Source: Selaginella moellendorffii (taxonomy: Eukaryota; Plantae; Lycopodiophyta). From it: a stretch of 64,000 nt of DNA. The stretch is taken from the NCBI RefSeq assembly GCF_000143415.4, contig NW_003314450.1:1-64000 (forward strand), read 5' to 3'. The position numbers and the translations under genes are program-made. The notes under the pieces are model-generated. The model had not been told where the DNA came from. It ran no database searches and saw only the letters and a list, made by a program, of their open reading frames with translations. Shown here piece after piece: positions 23,480 to 36,700 of the stretch (the first letter of the stretch is position 1; each line of letters opens with the position of its first letter).

Positions 23480-24700
23480 CTAACACATATGACTATACTG
23501 TTTGGTAGTTAAATCTTATCATTGAGTTTTCTTGATAATGCATTTGTTATTGAATTTTGTTAGATGGTTTATCCTATATCTTCAAATTTATAATGAATCT
23601 TAGTGGTTTTTATCTCTTACTAGTTTATCAAATGATAACTTCATTGAAATACTTTTATATTCTAATATAAAACTTATTTACTGATAAATTTTTTTCTAAG
23701 ATATTATTGTCTTTGACTTTGATATTGTTCAACATGTTAATTTTGGGTTTAGTAAAGGATATTGAGTGCATATTAGACCCTCATTTTATAGTATAATAAT
23801 CTTAGATTTTAGCTCTAAATTCAAGTGTGATATATTTGGTATTAGAGGAATTATCTCAGAAATTCATATATAAATTTTGTTAGAGTTTTTGACTTTAGTT
23901 GCATACATAGAGACTTTCTTAGTAGCTCTAAAATAATATTGTAGAATTACTTAAATTGCACCCTTCAGTAAGAATTTTGTATACATATTTATAAATATTC
24001 ATTTATTGATAGAGGCATGTATGCAACTAGTGAGATGGTGAAACAGAACTATGTTGATGATGTTGAAACCTTCAAATAAGCAAATTAAGAGGAAGAAACT
24101 TTTGTTATAGAAGAGGTTGAAGCTAAGTTAGAAGAGGAAGAGCTTGGGTCTAAGACTACACCACTGCAATATACAACTCAAAACATTGAGATGGAAAATT
24201 TGTGAAAAAAATTCACAAATTAAAGAAGGAGAACAAAAAGAGAAAAAATAGTTAAATCAACTAAACCTAAGCAACCAAATTCCTCTTTAAATTCTCAAAA
24301 TGATAAAGTTTTGGAATTACCTCAATTGTATAAGTTTTAAATTTTAAGCCCTCAAAACCACCCAACTTCAAAAGTATGTAGAACTATTAGGTTTTAAAAG
24401 ACTTAAATTTATGATATGGAAAACTATTTTATAGTGGTAAATATAGATGATCATATGAAAGTTGTGTATACACAATTCTTTCTCACCAATTATGCCAAAA
24501 CGTAGTGGCACTAGATTTGCATTGAAAAAGGGCAAATTAAAAGTTGGAGTAAGATGCAATTTCATATCTATAAATAATATTTGCTAGATGATTTTGGTCT
24601 TAAAATTCATGGAGAGCTATGATGGATAAGGCAACATAGGGACCTCATGCACTATGTTAATACATGCACTATGTTACTATGTTAATTATGATTGCAAATA
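23480..24700 (+). mobile_element. Decayed LTR retroelement family B: LTR end, PBS and gag start
   Basis: PBS-like tggtattagag at 23837-23847; homologous in reverse complement to ~61400-62100. Confidence 0.6.
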
Positions 24701-25079
24701 AGAGTGATAAAGATATTTTTGGAACATTTAAATTTACTTTCTTCTAAATTTAATTTAAAGATATACTTGGAGTGTAAGGAAGCAATATAGCAAGTTGCCT
24801 TTAATCACTTACTCATGGAATAGTATTAGTAGCCATTGTTGGTACCTTGGATAAGAATAACAACTCTAGGAAGACAAAATGAATGAAAATAAATGGTGGA
24901 AGGAAAATTCCACTTCTAAAGATTCTAAATAGAAGTTGACCAAGGAGAATTAAGATGCCCACCTTCTAGGACTGCAGGGATGTCATAGTAGTGTATAGTG
25001 TGCTTTGCAAACATTTTAAGCATGACTAAAATGTATAGGGAGATATTGAGGTAGATATGTTAGGCAAGCTTTAGAAAGA

Positions 25080-26222
25080 TGATGTTTGTGCTGGATTCAG
25101 AATCAGCCAAAGTATTATGCCTAGCTATCACCAACTCGATTGCATTCAATTTCTTTCCACTCTGAGTGACTCTCACACCTTCCCAACAATTGGGATCACA
25201 CAGCTAAAAATTTCTATAAGAGATCTCTTGTGATTGTCCATGGGGTGGGGCTTGGTCTACCCTTGCACTTCAAAATTCCACCTTTTATACTCTTAGGTTT
25301 GAGATTCCATTGATCTATCGCACTACATGGGATTCTTATGTTTAGATTTTATATATTCTACCACTTTTTAAAAATGCCATATGGATCAATGCTATAGTTT
25401 CTACACTTCTATAGTTAAGTGCTATTGGAACAATAGGAAATTGGCAATTGCTAGTGCAAAGGGTCATTGAGGCAATATAAACTTGGCAATAGCATTCGCA
25501 TACCTAGGGCAGCTGGTTGACGTATATGGTACCATTCCACTGGCACCTTGTGGATCAGTATTGGCTTGGATTGTTCACCATGCCCTAGGCAATACAAGCT
25601 TATACTCATCATTCTACAATAGAGGGGACAAAAAGTGGATGGTAGAAGATATAGGAGTAAGATTCAAAGGATTTCACCTTATGTCAAACTTTAGAAACTT
25701 TTTTTTTTTCTCCATTGACTTAATTCAGATAGAAACAAGCTTAAAAATAATATATATTTGAACAATAATGCAGAAATTTATAGTAAATTTAAGATGTTTT
25801 ACATTTTCATAATTGGTCTACTTTTAAGTTTATGCAGATTGTCACTTGCATACTCAAGTATGGCAATCAAAGAATGTGAAAGAGTTGGACATGTATTTCT
25901 TAATCCTGATACTTTCTGTCAATGCTCTTTTGATGTTGTTAGCTTATATACAGATAATCAAGTTCCAGATATTTATTACTCAAGACTTGGCCATTTAGTA
26001 ATGATCCTTCTTATTCGTCAAATACATGAGCATACAATGGATGATATTACTCAAGCTTTTGATGATTGCTGGGAGGAATGCTTACAATTTGACTATCCTA
26101 GCTGTAGGATAACATTATTGGATAATTCTATGCGCCTCTATATTGAGAATGGAAATCGAGAATTATTATATTCCAATTTATACAAACAAGAATCAACTTA
26201 TCCCTCATGTTTAAGAAAATAA
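25080..26222 (+). pseudogene. Unidentified multi-exon gene remnant
   Basis: Protein-like open segments (NWDHTAKNFYKRSLVIVHGVGLG; LGQLVDVYGTIPLAPCGS; ORF to 26222) separated by intron-like AT tracts. Stops in the 5' part. Confidence 0.3.
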
Positions 26223-26829
26223 ACTTAGTTTTAAATTGTTGTTAAAATTTAAAAAATTTACTAGAATTTCATTACTCCTGAAATTTTTGAGAAAGATCTA
26301 TCATTTAGAAGTATCACCTCCATCTGCACCAATGGAATGTACAAAGGAAGCTGGCAGCATGTTTCTATCTGAATCAAGCCAAATTTCGACCTAGAGCAAA
26401 AACAAATTTTCCGAAGATTGACATAAGGTAAAAACGTTTGAATCTTATTCCAACTATCAATATATCACTCACTTTTTACTATATTTGTACAATAATAAAG
26501 GAACTTTAACTTATAGTTCCCTCTATTTTAGAAGAAAACCCTTGAATAACGAGTATAAGCTTTTATATGTCATAGTCACAATCCTAATACTTTATAAATG
26601 GGTTGTATTCTACACTTATAATCAAATTTCATTTAGGTAGCTCTAGGGAATGCAACAAATTAAAGCCTCTTCCTTCTAGGATGGGGGTAGGATGGGGGGG
26701 GGAGGAGTGAGCCACAGCTATGGCTGAATCTTGGTGATTAAAGAGTAGGTAGAAGTGGCAACCTATATGGTTTACTATATAATAGGAATATCCCAAGAAG
26801 CAAAATAACTTATGAAAAGTTTTTCGTAT

Positions 26830-27560
26830 GAGGGATCTTCCAGCTGCTGGATTTATCGTCGGCTGCGGGACCTTCCTGAATGCCGAAAACTTGGAGAAAT
26901 CGGTACCTCCTGGCTTGTGGTTGAAGGTGGAAGCGAGCTGCAACCCAGAACAAGTATCCGGTCAACTCCTTGAGATTCTCTTCTAGGGTTGATCAGTCAT
27001 ATAAAAAAACCGTCCTAAGCACCTTGGCATTGAGATTCTTGAAGGGTTCAACAAGGTCGCTGACAGTGTCAAGAGGATCATACTCTGCATAGCAATACTA
27101 AATTCTTGATGGAATAGTTTGATCCAATAAGTACACGAGATTGTATGGGAGAGCAGCCAGCTTGATTCACTGCTAAAACATACAACTATAAAAGCGCATC
27201 CCGTGACCTGGAGCTTCAACGTAGAAAGCCCAACTTCCGTACCACTCAAGCCGAGAATCTAGAATGGGAAAAGCTACACGGCGCTCAGGCCGGACTGCCT
27301 CCCCATGCCGACTTGGAAATCTCAAGTTCAAAGTGTTGGAAGTAGGTGTCCAAAGACCAAAGATATCGCAGAAGGAGATCATCTATGGCGGTGCCTGGTC
27401 TCCGTCCAGCATCGACAAAGCAGTGAGTGTGGAGCCAGTCAGCGGCCGAGGCATTGCTTTGGTGAAGCATTCGTAAGATATCAAGCGAGAAAAACTTAGT
27501 CAGCAACCCACAATCCAGTGGTGGAGCGTAACGCTGGCTTCCCAAAGTCAGTCTCAGCTG
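26830..27560 (-). pseudogene. Unidentified frameshifted gene remnant
   Basis: Overlapping frames 27285-27545 and 27173-27382, plus a downstream segment LEENLKELTGYLFWVAARFHLQPQARRY. Genic GC content. Confidence 0.3.
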
Positions 27561-28515
27561 CTTCCTAGTGCTCTCGGCTAGTGAGAAAGAGTACGAGCGG
27601 ATGTCTGCCTCGGAAAAGAAAAATGATCAAAAAAATAAGTTCACGACGAAACATACCTCCGTCCTTTATGGTTTTAAGCGGACTGGACTTATAAAGCGAC
27701 TCCAATCAGCGGTTTTGAGCAACACCACCCCGTACCTCCGATGATTAAGAATTTACTGTATGAAGTCATTTTTTAAAAGAAAGAAGCTTGAGGCGATAGT
27801 ACGCAAACCTTAAAATGATTCTTTCAGGAATGTTGACCATGTAGAAATGCTACACGAGATAAGAACGCGAAATCTTCCACCTTGCAAAGATAAGGCATCA
27901 CGTAATTAAGAAAACTTCAGCTTGTCACTTAGATTCTCCGTCACTTCAACCTTGAAGGCCTCGTGAGCGTTACAGCTCTTTTTCCCACGCTCCAAGCACC
28001 ACACATTTTATGTTTTCTTGCAACTTCTGTCCACCTCACCACGCAAAAGAGGAGAGCAGCTCTCCTCCACATTCTGCGAAACAAATCGATGTCTCAAAAC
28101 AGTGGAAGAATTAAAATTTACCGAACCTGTTCTTGTAGCCTCGGAATCAACACAACGTTTCACGGAGTCCACGGAGCCTCTTAAGGGATTCCACCACCAC
28201 CATCTTTCCCTTCTCTTTAGTGTAGTACTGGCACTCCATTCCTTTAACAGTTACTTGTTCCCCACCATCTCAAAATGCTGTCCTCCATAAAAACTTGCAA
28301 ACTTCTCCCTCAAGGGGGCATAGATAGATCGCTCTCCTTGTAAGAGTGAGCATGACCCTTGTGGTCCTTCCTTTGTCTGGTTCCAGCTTCAGAATTTCCT
28401 TGCACTAAGCATCTCTCCGAGTCGATTTAAAGCGAACCAGCGCGAGTTACCAGCCGGAAGTGTTCTTCATGGTGAGTTCCATTTTCGTTTCTGCTGATCC
28501 GAGTAGATGAACTGA

Positions 28516-30586
28516 ATGTCTTTCCAGGAGGACAACCAGAAGGGGAAGCAGCTGAACCGGGAAGCTACTGGCGATGGAACTCTGGATCTGTTCGGAAGGC
28601 CTGCTGTGAAATGCAAAACCGGTGGATGGTTTACATCCTCGCTTATCCTTGGTATTCTTCCTTCCCCTCAGCTCTGGAAGGATCATCAAAATCAATGCTC
28701 AGGAAAACACTGTAGAGAATCGCTTACGAGTTGCCAGAATCCTCCTAAACTTTCTGAGTGCTTATAGAATATAAGATAGCGATGATATTCGAGCGCCCAA
28801 CTTTTGCTACAGGCTTTGTTGCTTATTGCTGTACCTTGCTGATCTAGGAACACAAGGATTTGCGGCCGTTGGCTACTTTGGAGTCTGCACGAACCTCATC
28901 CTCTACCTCACCAGAGTCCTGCACGAAGGCAATGCGGTCGCAGCAAACAACGTGAGCAACTGGATTGGAACATCTTACGTGACATCTTTAATTGGAGGAT
29001 TTTTGGGGGACGCATACCTTGGAAGATTCTGGACTGCAGCAGTTTTCCTCGTCATCTACCTCCTGGTAAGTAAATTCCGTAAGAAACAGAAGAAGCGAAG
29101 CATTTTCTGTGCAGGGAATGGTGTTGCTTACACTAACAGCAACCGTGAAAGCGTTTAAACCCCCAGCGTGCACGAGAAATCAGTCCTTCTGCCCCAAAAC
29201 TTCACCTGAAAAAACAACACTGTTATACGTTGCACTATACATCATAGCACTTGGCTATGGCGGACACCAACCTTGCCTTACCTCTTTGGGAGCTGATCAG
29301 TTCGACAAGGAAGATCCGAAAGAGCAGACAGAGGCCACTAGGTTCTTCAGCTGGTACTACATGTCCATCACGTTTGGTGCAATCACGGCGGGAGTTCTTT
29401 TCGTTTACGTAGAAGACAATATCGGCTGGGGTGTAGGATTCGGGCTCTCAACCGCAGCAGCGGTGGCAGCAGTGGTAGCCTTCTTTATCGGAGCTCCAAG
29501 ATACCGCCAGCAGCGAACCGGAGGAAATCCCTTCACCAGGGTAGCACAGGTATTTAATGCCGCGCTGCATAAACACCACGTAAAAGCTCCTTCGGACAGC
29601 TCACTTCTTTACGAAGTCGACTTCAAAGGCTCTGCGATACAAGGAAGTCGTAAGATTCTCCACAGTGACGAGTTCAGGTAAAGAGCTCGCTTTGTCTAGA
29701 TCAAAAACATTAAAGCCCCGGTTTTGACAGATACCTTGACAAAGCAGCAACGGAGATCGACAGTGATACAGTGGCTGGAACCAGCGAGAAAAATCCATGG
29801 CGACTCTGCACGATCACACAAGTCGAGGAGGTAAAATGCATCCTAAGAATTCTCCCTATCTGGGCCAGTAGCATCCTCTTCTCCACCCTCTACACGCAAA
29901 TGAGTACCTTGTTCGTGGAGCAAGGCGCCACCATGAACACCCACGTCGCGGGCTTTAAAATCCCGCCAGCGTCCCTTTCCACTTTCACCATGATCAGCGT
30001 TCTCCTCTCGGCCCCTACATACGAGTACGTGGTAGTTCCACTAGGACGAAAGATCACAGGAAATAAAAGAGGACTTACGAGCCTCCAGCGGATGGGAGCT
30101 GGATTGATCGTCGTCACGGTGGCAATGATCTTCGCGGCACTGGTGGAGATCTTCCGCCTCAAGTCCGCAAGAGCCCACGGCTTGATCGATGCAGCCAAGC
30201 CGGTCCCAATGAGCGTCTTCTGGCAAATCCCGCAATACTTCCTGGTTGGAGCCTCCGAGGTCTTCACTTACATCGGCCAGCTCGATTTCTTCTACGAGCA
30301 ATCCCCCGACGCGATCCGGAGCCTGAGCGTGGCGCTGTCGCCGACGTCGTTCGCGCTGGGGAATTACGTGAGTAGCCTGCTGGTGACCTGCGTGATGGAG
30401 CTCACGAGCAAGGGCGCCCGGCTGGGCTGGATCCCAAACAACCTCAACCGCGGCCATCTCGATTACTACTTCTGGCTGCTCAGCGCCATCAGCATTCTCA
30501 ACCTGGCGTTCTACCTGGCCTGCGCGATCTGGTACAAATTCATCCAGATCGATCGCCACGACGACGCTGCTCGCGAAGAGCCCTAA
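28516..30586 (+). CDS. NRT1/PTR family (NPF) transporter, NPF7-like
   Basis: Exons 28516-28651, 28848-29065, 29115-29677 and 29731-30586 splice in frame. PTR motifs: KTGGW, GGFLGDAYLGRF, GADQFD, WRLCTITQVEEVK, WQIPQY, NRGHLDYYFW. Confidence 0.95.
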
Positions 30587-30678
30587 AATATTTTCTAGGG
30601 CTATTTGATTTGACTGACTGGTGGGAAAAATCACCATACATTTGTGACCAGGTTCATTGGATTGTTCTAGCAGGAAGA

Positions 30679-32140
30679 ATGGGAATAGAGAATCTCAAGG
30701 AAGAGACGGCGCCGGCGGTCGCCGAGGATCTGGCGCGCTCGCTCCAGGAATTGGGCATCGATCCCTCGTTCGTTGTCCCGCCGGAGCATCGCCCCAGTGG
30801 GCAATCGCAGCTAGAATCCCCGATCGAGGAGCGCGGCGGCAGCAACATTCCAATCATCGATTTGGCCGCGCTCGGTGGATCATCGCAGGACGGCAAGGAC
30901 AAGATCGTGGAGGAAATCCGGAGCGCGAGCCAGGAATGGGGGTTTTTCCAGGTAATCAATCACGGGGTGTCCCTGGAGCTGCTGAGCGATGTGGAGAAGG
31001 AGGCTCGGGATTTCTTCGCGCTGCCGCTGGAGGAGAAGAGGAAGATCCGTCGCAGCAGCGTGAATCCTGTCGGCTACTACGAGTCGGAGCTCACCAAGAA
31101 CACGCGCGACTGGAAGGAGGTTTTCGACTACGTGGTGAAGAGGAAGGACGATTTCCCATCCGAATTTAATCTCTTCTTCGAGAACCAGTGGCCGGAGGGT
31201 CGCGAAAAATTCCGGTAAGGCTGGCGCTCTTCTTCCAGATTTTTGGTTTCTTCATGATCTTCGTTTATTTGTGAAGAGATTCCTGCGAGAAATGGATCAA
31301 AGCTGTGGACGAGCTCTCGTTTAAAGTCCTGGAGCTTTTAGCGCTCAGCCTCGGCGTGGATCCCAGGTACTTTTTCGAGTTCTTCGGCAGGGACAACACC
31401 TCGATCATGCGACTCAACTTCTACGCAAAGTGCCCAGTCCCGGATCTTGTTCTCGGCGTGAGCCGCCACAAGGACCAGGGCGCGCTCACGGTGCTCGTCC
31501 AGGACGAAGTTGGCGGCCTCGAGGTGAGAAGAAAGGATGGCGAGTGGATTCGAGTCACTCCTCGCAAGGACGCGTTCGTGATCAACGTTGGGGACCTCAT
31601 GCAAGTAAGCTATCATCCTCTCCTAGATCATGTTCTTCGTAGAGATCTATGATCTTTCCTTTCTCTAGAAGAAAGAACTAGGAGAACTCTATAAAGTTCT
31701 CTTCGAGAGTTTGGACTCTCGAAGCTATATAGCTCTAGTACTACAAAGAGGTCTGGAGCTAGAGCACTATAGAGCATTAGAAACAAGGAAATGCTAGAGA
31801 GTCTCTTAGACATTTCCATAGCTTGCACTTTATAGACATTGTCCTTGATCGTGATCTAACAAGGGTTTTCTTCCAGGTGTGGAGCAATGATCTCTATCAC
31901 AGTGTGGAGCACCGAGTGGTGGTGAACGAGAACCGCGACCGGTTCTCATCGCCATACTTCATGTTCCCGAGCTACAAATCCGACATCGCCCCGATTGAAA
32001 GCCTCACGGATCCGATCAAGAACCCGCCCAAGTACGCCAAATTCAACTGGGGAGAGTTTGACAAGAACAGGAAAGACAGCAACTTCAAGCGCTTGGGCGT
32101 GGAGAACCTCCAGATCTATCACTACGCCATCAATAACTAA
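30679..32140 (+). CDS. 2-oxoglutarate/Fe(II)-dependent dioxygenase (DOXC class)
   Basis: Exons 30679-31214, 31277-31604 and 31877-32140. Motifs IPIIDL, WGFFQVINHG, HKD (HxD), distal H in SVEHRV, RFS (RxS). Confidence 0.95.
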
Positions 32141-32282
32141 TTATCACTAAGTGGAATGCTTCATCATTGATTAATTAGCACTAAGCGAAAGGGTCTAAAT
32201 AATAAAGAATATACTATAGATAGAATATTCTCTCTCTTTCTTTTATGTGAATCCAGGAAATTGGGGGAAGTTCTAGGGCAGG

Positions 32283-33135
32283 ATGGGCTTAGTGCAGGGA
32301 AAGATCGCGTTCGCTGAGGTGGGCGAGAAGCAGCCGGCGAATCAGGTATGGTAGAGCGATTCCCCGGCGCGCATTTCACTCTGGCGCTAGGGTTTAAGCA
32401 AGACTCCCTTCTTTTTTCCTACATTCTTTCGATCGTTTGATGATCCAATCCGTGTGTTCTGTGTAGGCCGAGCATGATACTGTGGTTGAAGTAGATGACG
32501 AATCGAAGCAGGCGATTGAGGAGGAAGAAGCGAAAGAAGCGAGGAGGACGATAACGGTAGGGTGTGGCTTTTTCTCTTTTTCTCTTTGCTTTGATGTGGT
32601 AGTAACGTTCTATCACAGGTCGCGGACATAAAAACCGCTCCATTCGATATTCGCTTCCCTTCGACCAACCAGACCAAGCACTGCTACACTCGCTACATCG
32701 AGTTCCACAAGTAAGTCGTCTCCAAAGTTCGACAAAGTTCTTGGCTTTTTTTCTTACAAAGTTCTCAACTCTGGCTTGATTCTTCCTTTTTTTTTCTTGC
32801 GATCTCTTTCTCCAAAATTCTCAAAGTTCTTGCTTGATTTCTCCAAAGTTCTCAAAGTTTTTTTTCAACTTGGGCTTGATTCTTCCTTGCGATCTTTCTC
32901 TCAGGTGCCAGAAGGAAAGGGGCGAGGGTGCTCCGGAATGCCAGAAGTACGCGCGATACTATCGATCGCTGTGTCCCTCGGAATGGGTAAGCAAGAAAAA
33001 TAGAAAATCTATAGATCTTTCTTGTTCTTGGCTAAATTTTCCATCCAAGATCTATACTCATTTCTTCCCACCAATTGCCAGATCGAGAGATGGAACGAGC
33101 AGCGAGCGGATGGTGTGTTTTGTGGGCCTTACTGA
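32283..33135 (+). CDS. COX6B: Cytochrome c oxidase subunit 6b
   Basis: Small spliced exons give TAPFDIRFPSTNQTKHCYTRYIEFHKCQKERGEGAPECQKYARYYRSLCPSEWIERWNEQRADGVFCGPY. Start could be 32283 or 32348. Confidence 0.9.
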
Positions 33136-33704
33136 AAGAAAAACAATGGCTCTCAATAAACCCTAATGGCCACCTTTTTCAGTAAAGAATCATAATAACC
33201 CTAAGGGCCTTTTCCATTAAAAAAAGGATTCTTTTGTAATTCTTTTTTCTTGGTACTGCCCTAATTACCACCTTTTGTCTTTGACCCCATATTTTATAAA
33301 GTCACAAGTGGGACATTTAGGTCCACCCCACCAATTGCGGACCGCGCACGTAACCGCGCGTGGGTCGTGGGTCAAGGCCCCAATCGCGCGGTTTCGCGCG
33401 CTGTTCTTGCGGTATAAGCGAGTGAACTTGTCGGGGGCTCCTCGGTCTATCGAGATGGGTGTTGTTGGTCGGAGTAAAAATCAAAATCTCCACCACGGGA
33501 TTACCACCACTAATACCGATGGATCCAAAATCCCCACCTCCCCACTGCCAGAGTCTCTATCTCTTGTTACTCTTGGTTGATTCGGTCGTTCGTGGGTCAT
33601 CGTCTTCCTCCATGGTTGTCCATTGGAACCCATCGCTCTAGCGTAAGTGGCCAATCCTTCCATCGCCAGTGATCACTCCACCATCGCCCAAGAACGAGGA
33701 GAGA

Positions 33705-36700
33705 ATGCTCCACCATGTCTTCTTGGTGGCCATCTCCGTGCTTGCTCTGGATTCCACTGCTGCCACTGATCTCTCCTGTGCGTCCGAGCGATCGGCATTG
33801 CTGGAGTTTCGAGCCAGGCTAGGCGGCGGCGGCGGCGGCGGTGGAGTGCTCGAGAGCTGGAGCAGCGGTGCCACCGTAAGTTCGTCCTGGCGAGGAGTGA
33901 CGCTGGGAAGCCGGGGCCAGGTAGTCAAGCTCGAGCTCTCGTCGCTGGAGCTCACGGGAGAGCTCTATCCGGTCTGGGACTTCTTGCCGGCGCTCCAGGT
34001 GATGAATCTCTCGCACAACTCGCTAGGTGGTCGCTTGGATTTCTCGAGCTCCTGTGGCGGCGCTGCGCTCGTGTCCCTGGATCTCAGCTTCAACCGGCTT
34101 GCGGGGCCTGTGCGCGAGGGAGTCCGTCACTTCCAGGCGCTCCAGCTCCTCCGCCTCGACCACAATGGCTTGTCCGGCGAGCTCCCGCGGGGTCTCTTCG
34201 AGCTGCGGTCCCTGGTAGCTCTCGATCTCTCCTGGAACAACTTCTCGGGGCCCGTGAGCTCCGACTTTGAGCTCCTCCGCCGGATGGAGCTCCTCGATCT
34301 CTCGCACGACAACTTCTCGGGTGCGTTGCCGGCTTCCAACTTGTCCAGGATGGCCGCATTGGCGAAGCTCGATGTTTCTTCCAATGCCTTGGACTCGATC
34401 AAGGTGGTGGAAATGGGCTTGTTCCAGCAGCTACGAACTCTCGATCTCAGCAGTAACAGCTTCTCTGGAAACCTCCCGGAGTTTGTGTTCGCCACCACCT
34501 CGCTCGAGGTACTTAATCTCTCCTCGAACCAGTTCACCGGGCCTGTCCGAGAGAAAGCTTCTGGCCAGAGGAAGATCCGAGTGCTCGATATGGCATCCAA
34601 TGCCTTGACGGGTGACCTGAGTGGCCTCGTCGGCCTCACGTCGCTGGAGCATCTCAACCTGGCCGGAAACAACCTCTCTGGAACGATACCGTCGGAGCTT
34701 GGACACTTCGCCAACTTAACCATGCTCGATCTCTGTGCCAACGAGTTCCAAGGTGGAATCCCGGACAGCTTCTCCAACTTGGCCAAGCTAGAGCACCTGA
34801 AAGTGTCGAACAACCTGCTCTCGTACATGCTCGACGTTGGCGTCTCTCTTCCGAAGAGCCTCAGAGTTCTCAGTGCCGGCAGCAATCTCTTCTCGGGGCC
34901 ACTTCGCGTGTCGTATAACTCCGCTCCGTCCACCTTGGAGGTCTTGTATCTTCCAGAGAACCGCTTCACCGGGCCGCTTCCACCAGAGCTTGGCCAGCTG
35001 AAGAACCTCAAGAAGATCATCCTCAACCAGAACAGCTTCGTAGGGAGCATTCCACCGTCGATAGCGCACTGCCAGCTCCTGGAAGAGATATGGATCAACA
35101 ACAATCTTCTCACAGGTCACATACCCCCGGAGCTCTTCACGCTCAAGCATCTCCGAGCGCTTGTTCTGGCCAACAACAGCTTGTCCGGCTCTCCAGTCCC
35201 CCTGGGTATTTCGCAGTCCAAGACACTCGAGGTGCTGTGGCTGGAGCAGAACAACTTCTCGGGCCCGATATCTTCCGAGGTTGGCCAACTTTCCAATCTT
35301 CTCATGCTGTCGCTCGCCTCCAACAAGTTGACGGGACACATACCTGCGTCTCTCGGCAAGCTGACTAATCTCGTCGGCCTGGACCTCGGCTTAAACGCTC
35401 TCTCGGGGCGTATACCGGACGAGCTAGCAGGCCTCTCTTCCATCCAGTTTCTTTTCTTGAGTGGCAACCGGATGGAGCAGCGGATACCGGGATGGATCGG
35501 CAACTTGTCCAAGCTCCGAGCCGTGGATCTGTCCTTCAATAGATTCAGCGGGAGCATTCCGACGGCCTGGAGTAACTCCACGCTAACGAGCCTGTCTCCC
35601 AGGTACTCGGACAAACCTCCATCGGCACTCGTCTACAACAACGAGGGACAGAGATTTATCGGCTATGCTTTGCCGACCACCCTTGACTTCTCGCATAACG
35701 AGCTCGTTGGAGGCATTCCCGCTGAGCTGGGAGCGTTGAGGAACTTGCAAATACTGAACTTGAGCCACAACAGGCTCCAGGGAAGTATTCCTCCGTCGCT
35801 GGGAAACGTGCCTGCGCTGCTGAAGCTCGACTTGTCCAGGAACAATCTCACCGGCACCATTCCACAAGCGTTGTGCAAGCTGACGTTCCTGTCCGACTTG
35901 GATCTCTCGGACAACCATCTGAAAGGTGCCATCCCGAGCTCCACCCAGTTTCAGACGTTTGGCAACTCTTCGTTCGCTGGCAATCCAGACCTTTGCGGAG
36001 CTCCACTCCCAGAATGCCGTCTGGAGCAGGACGAAGCTCGCTCGGACATTGGAACAATCTCTGCTGTCCAGAAACTGATTCCTCTGTACGTCGTAATTGC
36101 TGGAAGCCTCGGATTCTGCGGCTTCTGGGCGCTCTTCATCATCCTGATACGGAAACGTCAAAAGCTACTCTCGCAGGAGGAAGACGAGGATGAATACAGC
36201 AAGAAAAAGCGTTACCTCAACTCCTCGGAAGTGTCCAACATGAGCGAAGGCGTAGCTTGGATCCATCCGAACGAGCTGATGTCCGCAACGAGCAACTACA
36301 GCCATGCAAACATCATAGGTGACGGGGGCTTCGGAATAGTGTACAAGGCGATTCTAGCGGATGGATCGGCCGTAGCGGTGAAGAAGTTGATAACAGACGG
36401 AGGATTTGGAATGCAGGGGGAGCGAGAGTTCCTTGCCGAGATGCAGACGCTGGGAAAAATAAAGCATAAGAACCTGGTGTGCCTCAAAGGATACTCTTGC
36501 GACGGAAAGGACAGGATACTGGTGTATAAGTACCTCAAGAACGGGAACCTCGACACCTGGTTGCACTGTCGGGATGCCGGAGTGAAGCCTCTGGACTGGA
36601 AGACGCGCTTCCACATAATCCTCGGAGCAGCCCGAGGCATTACTTTCCTCCACCACGAGTGCTTCCCTCCCATCGTCCACAGAGACATCAAGGCCAGCAA

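Noticed and set aside
33158-33205. Telomere-like AAACCCTAA motifs (related motifs at 39174, 49437, 56285)
   Set aside because: Isolated telo-box-like motifs are common near plant genes; not interstitial telomeres.
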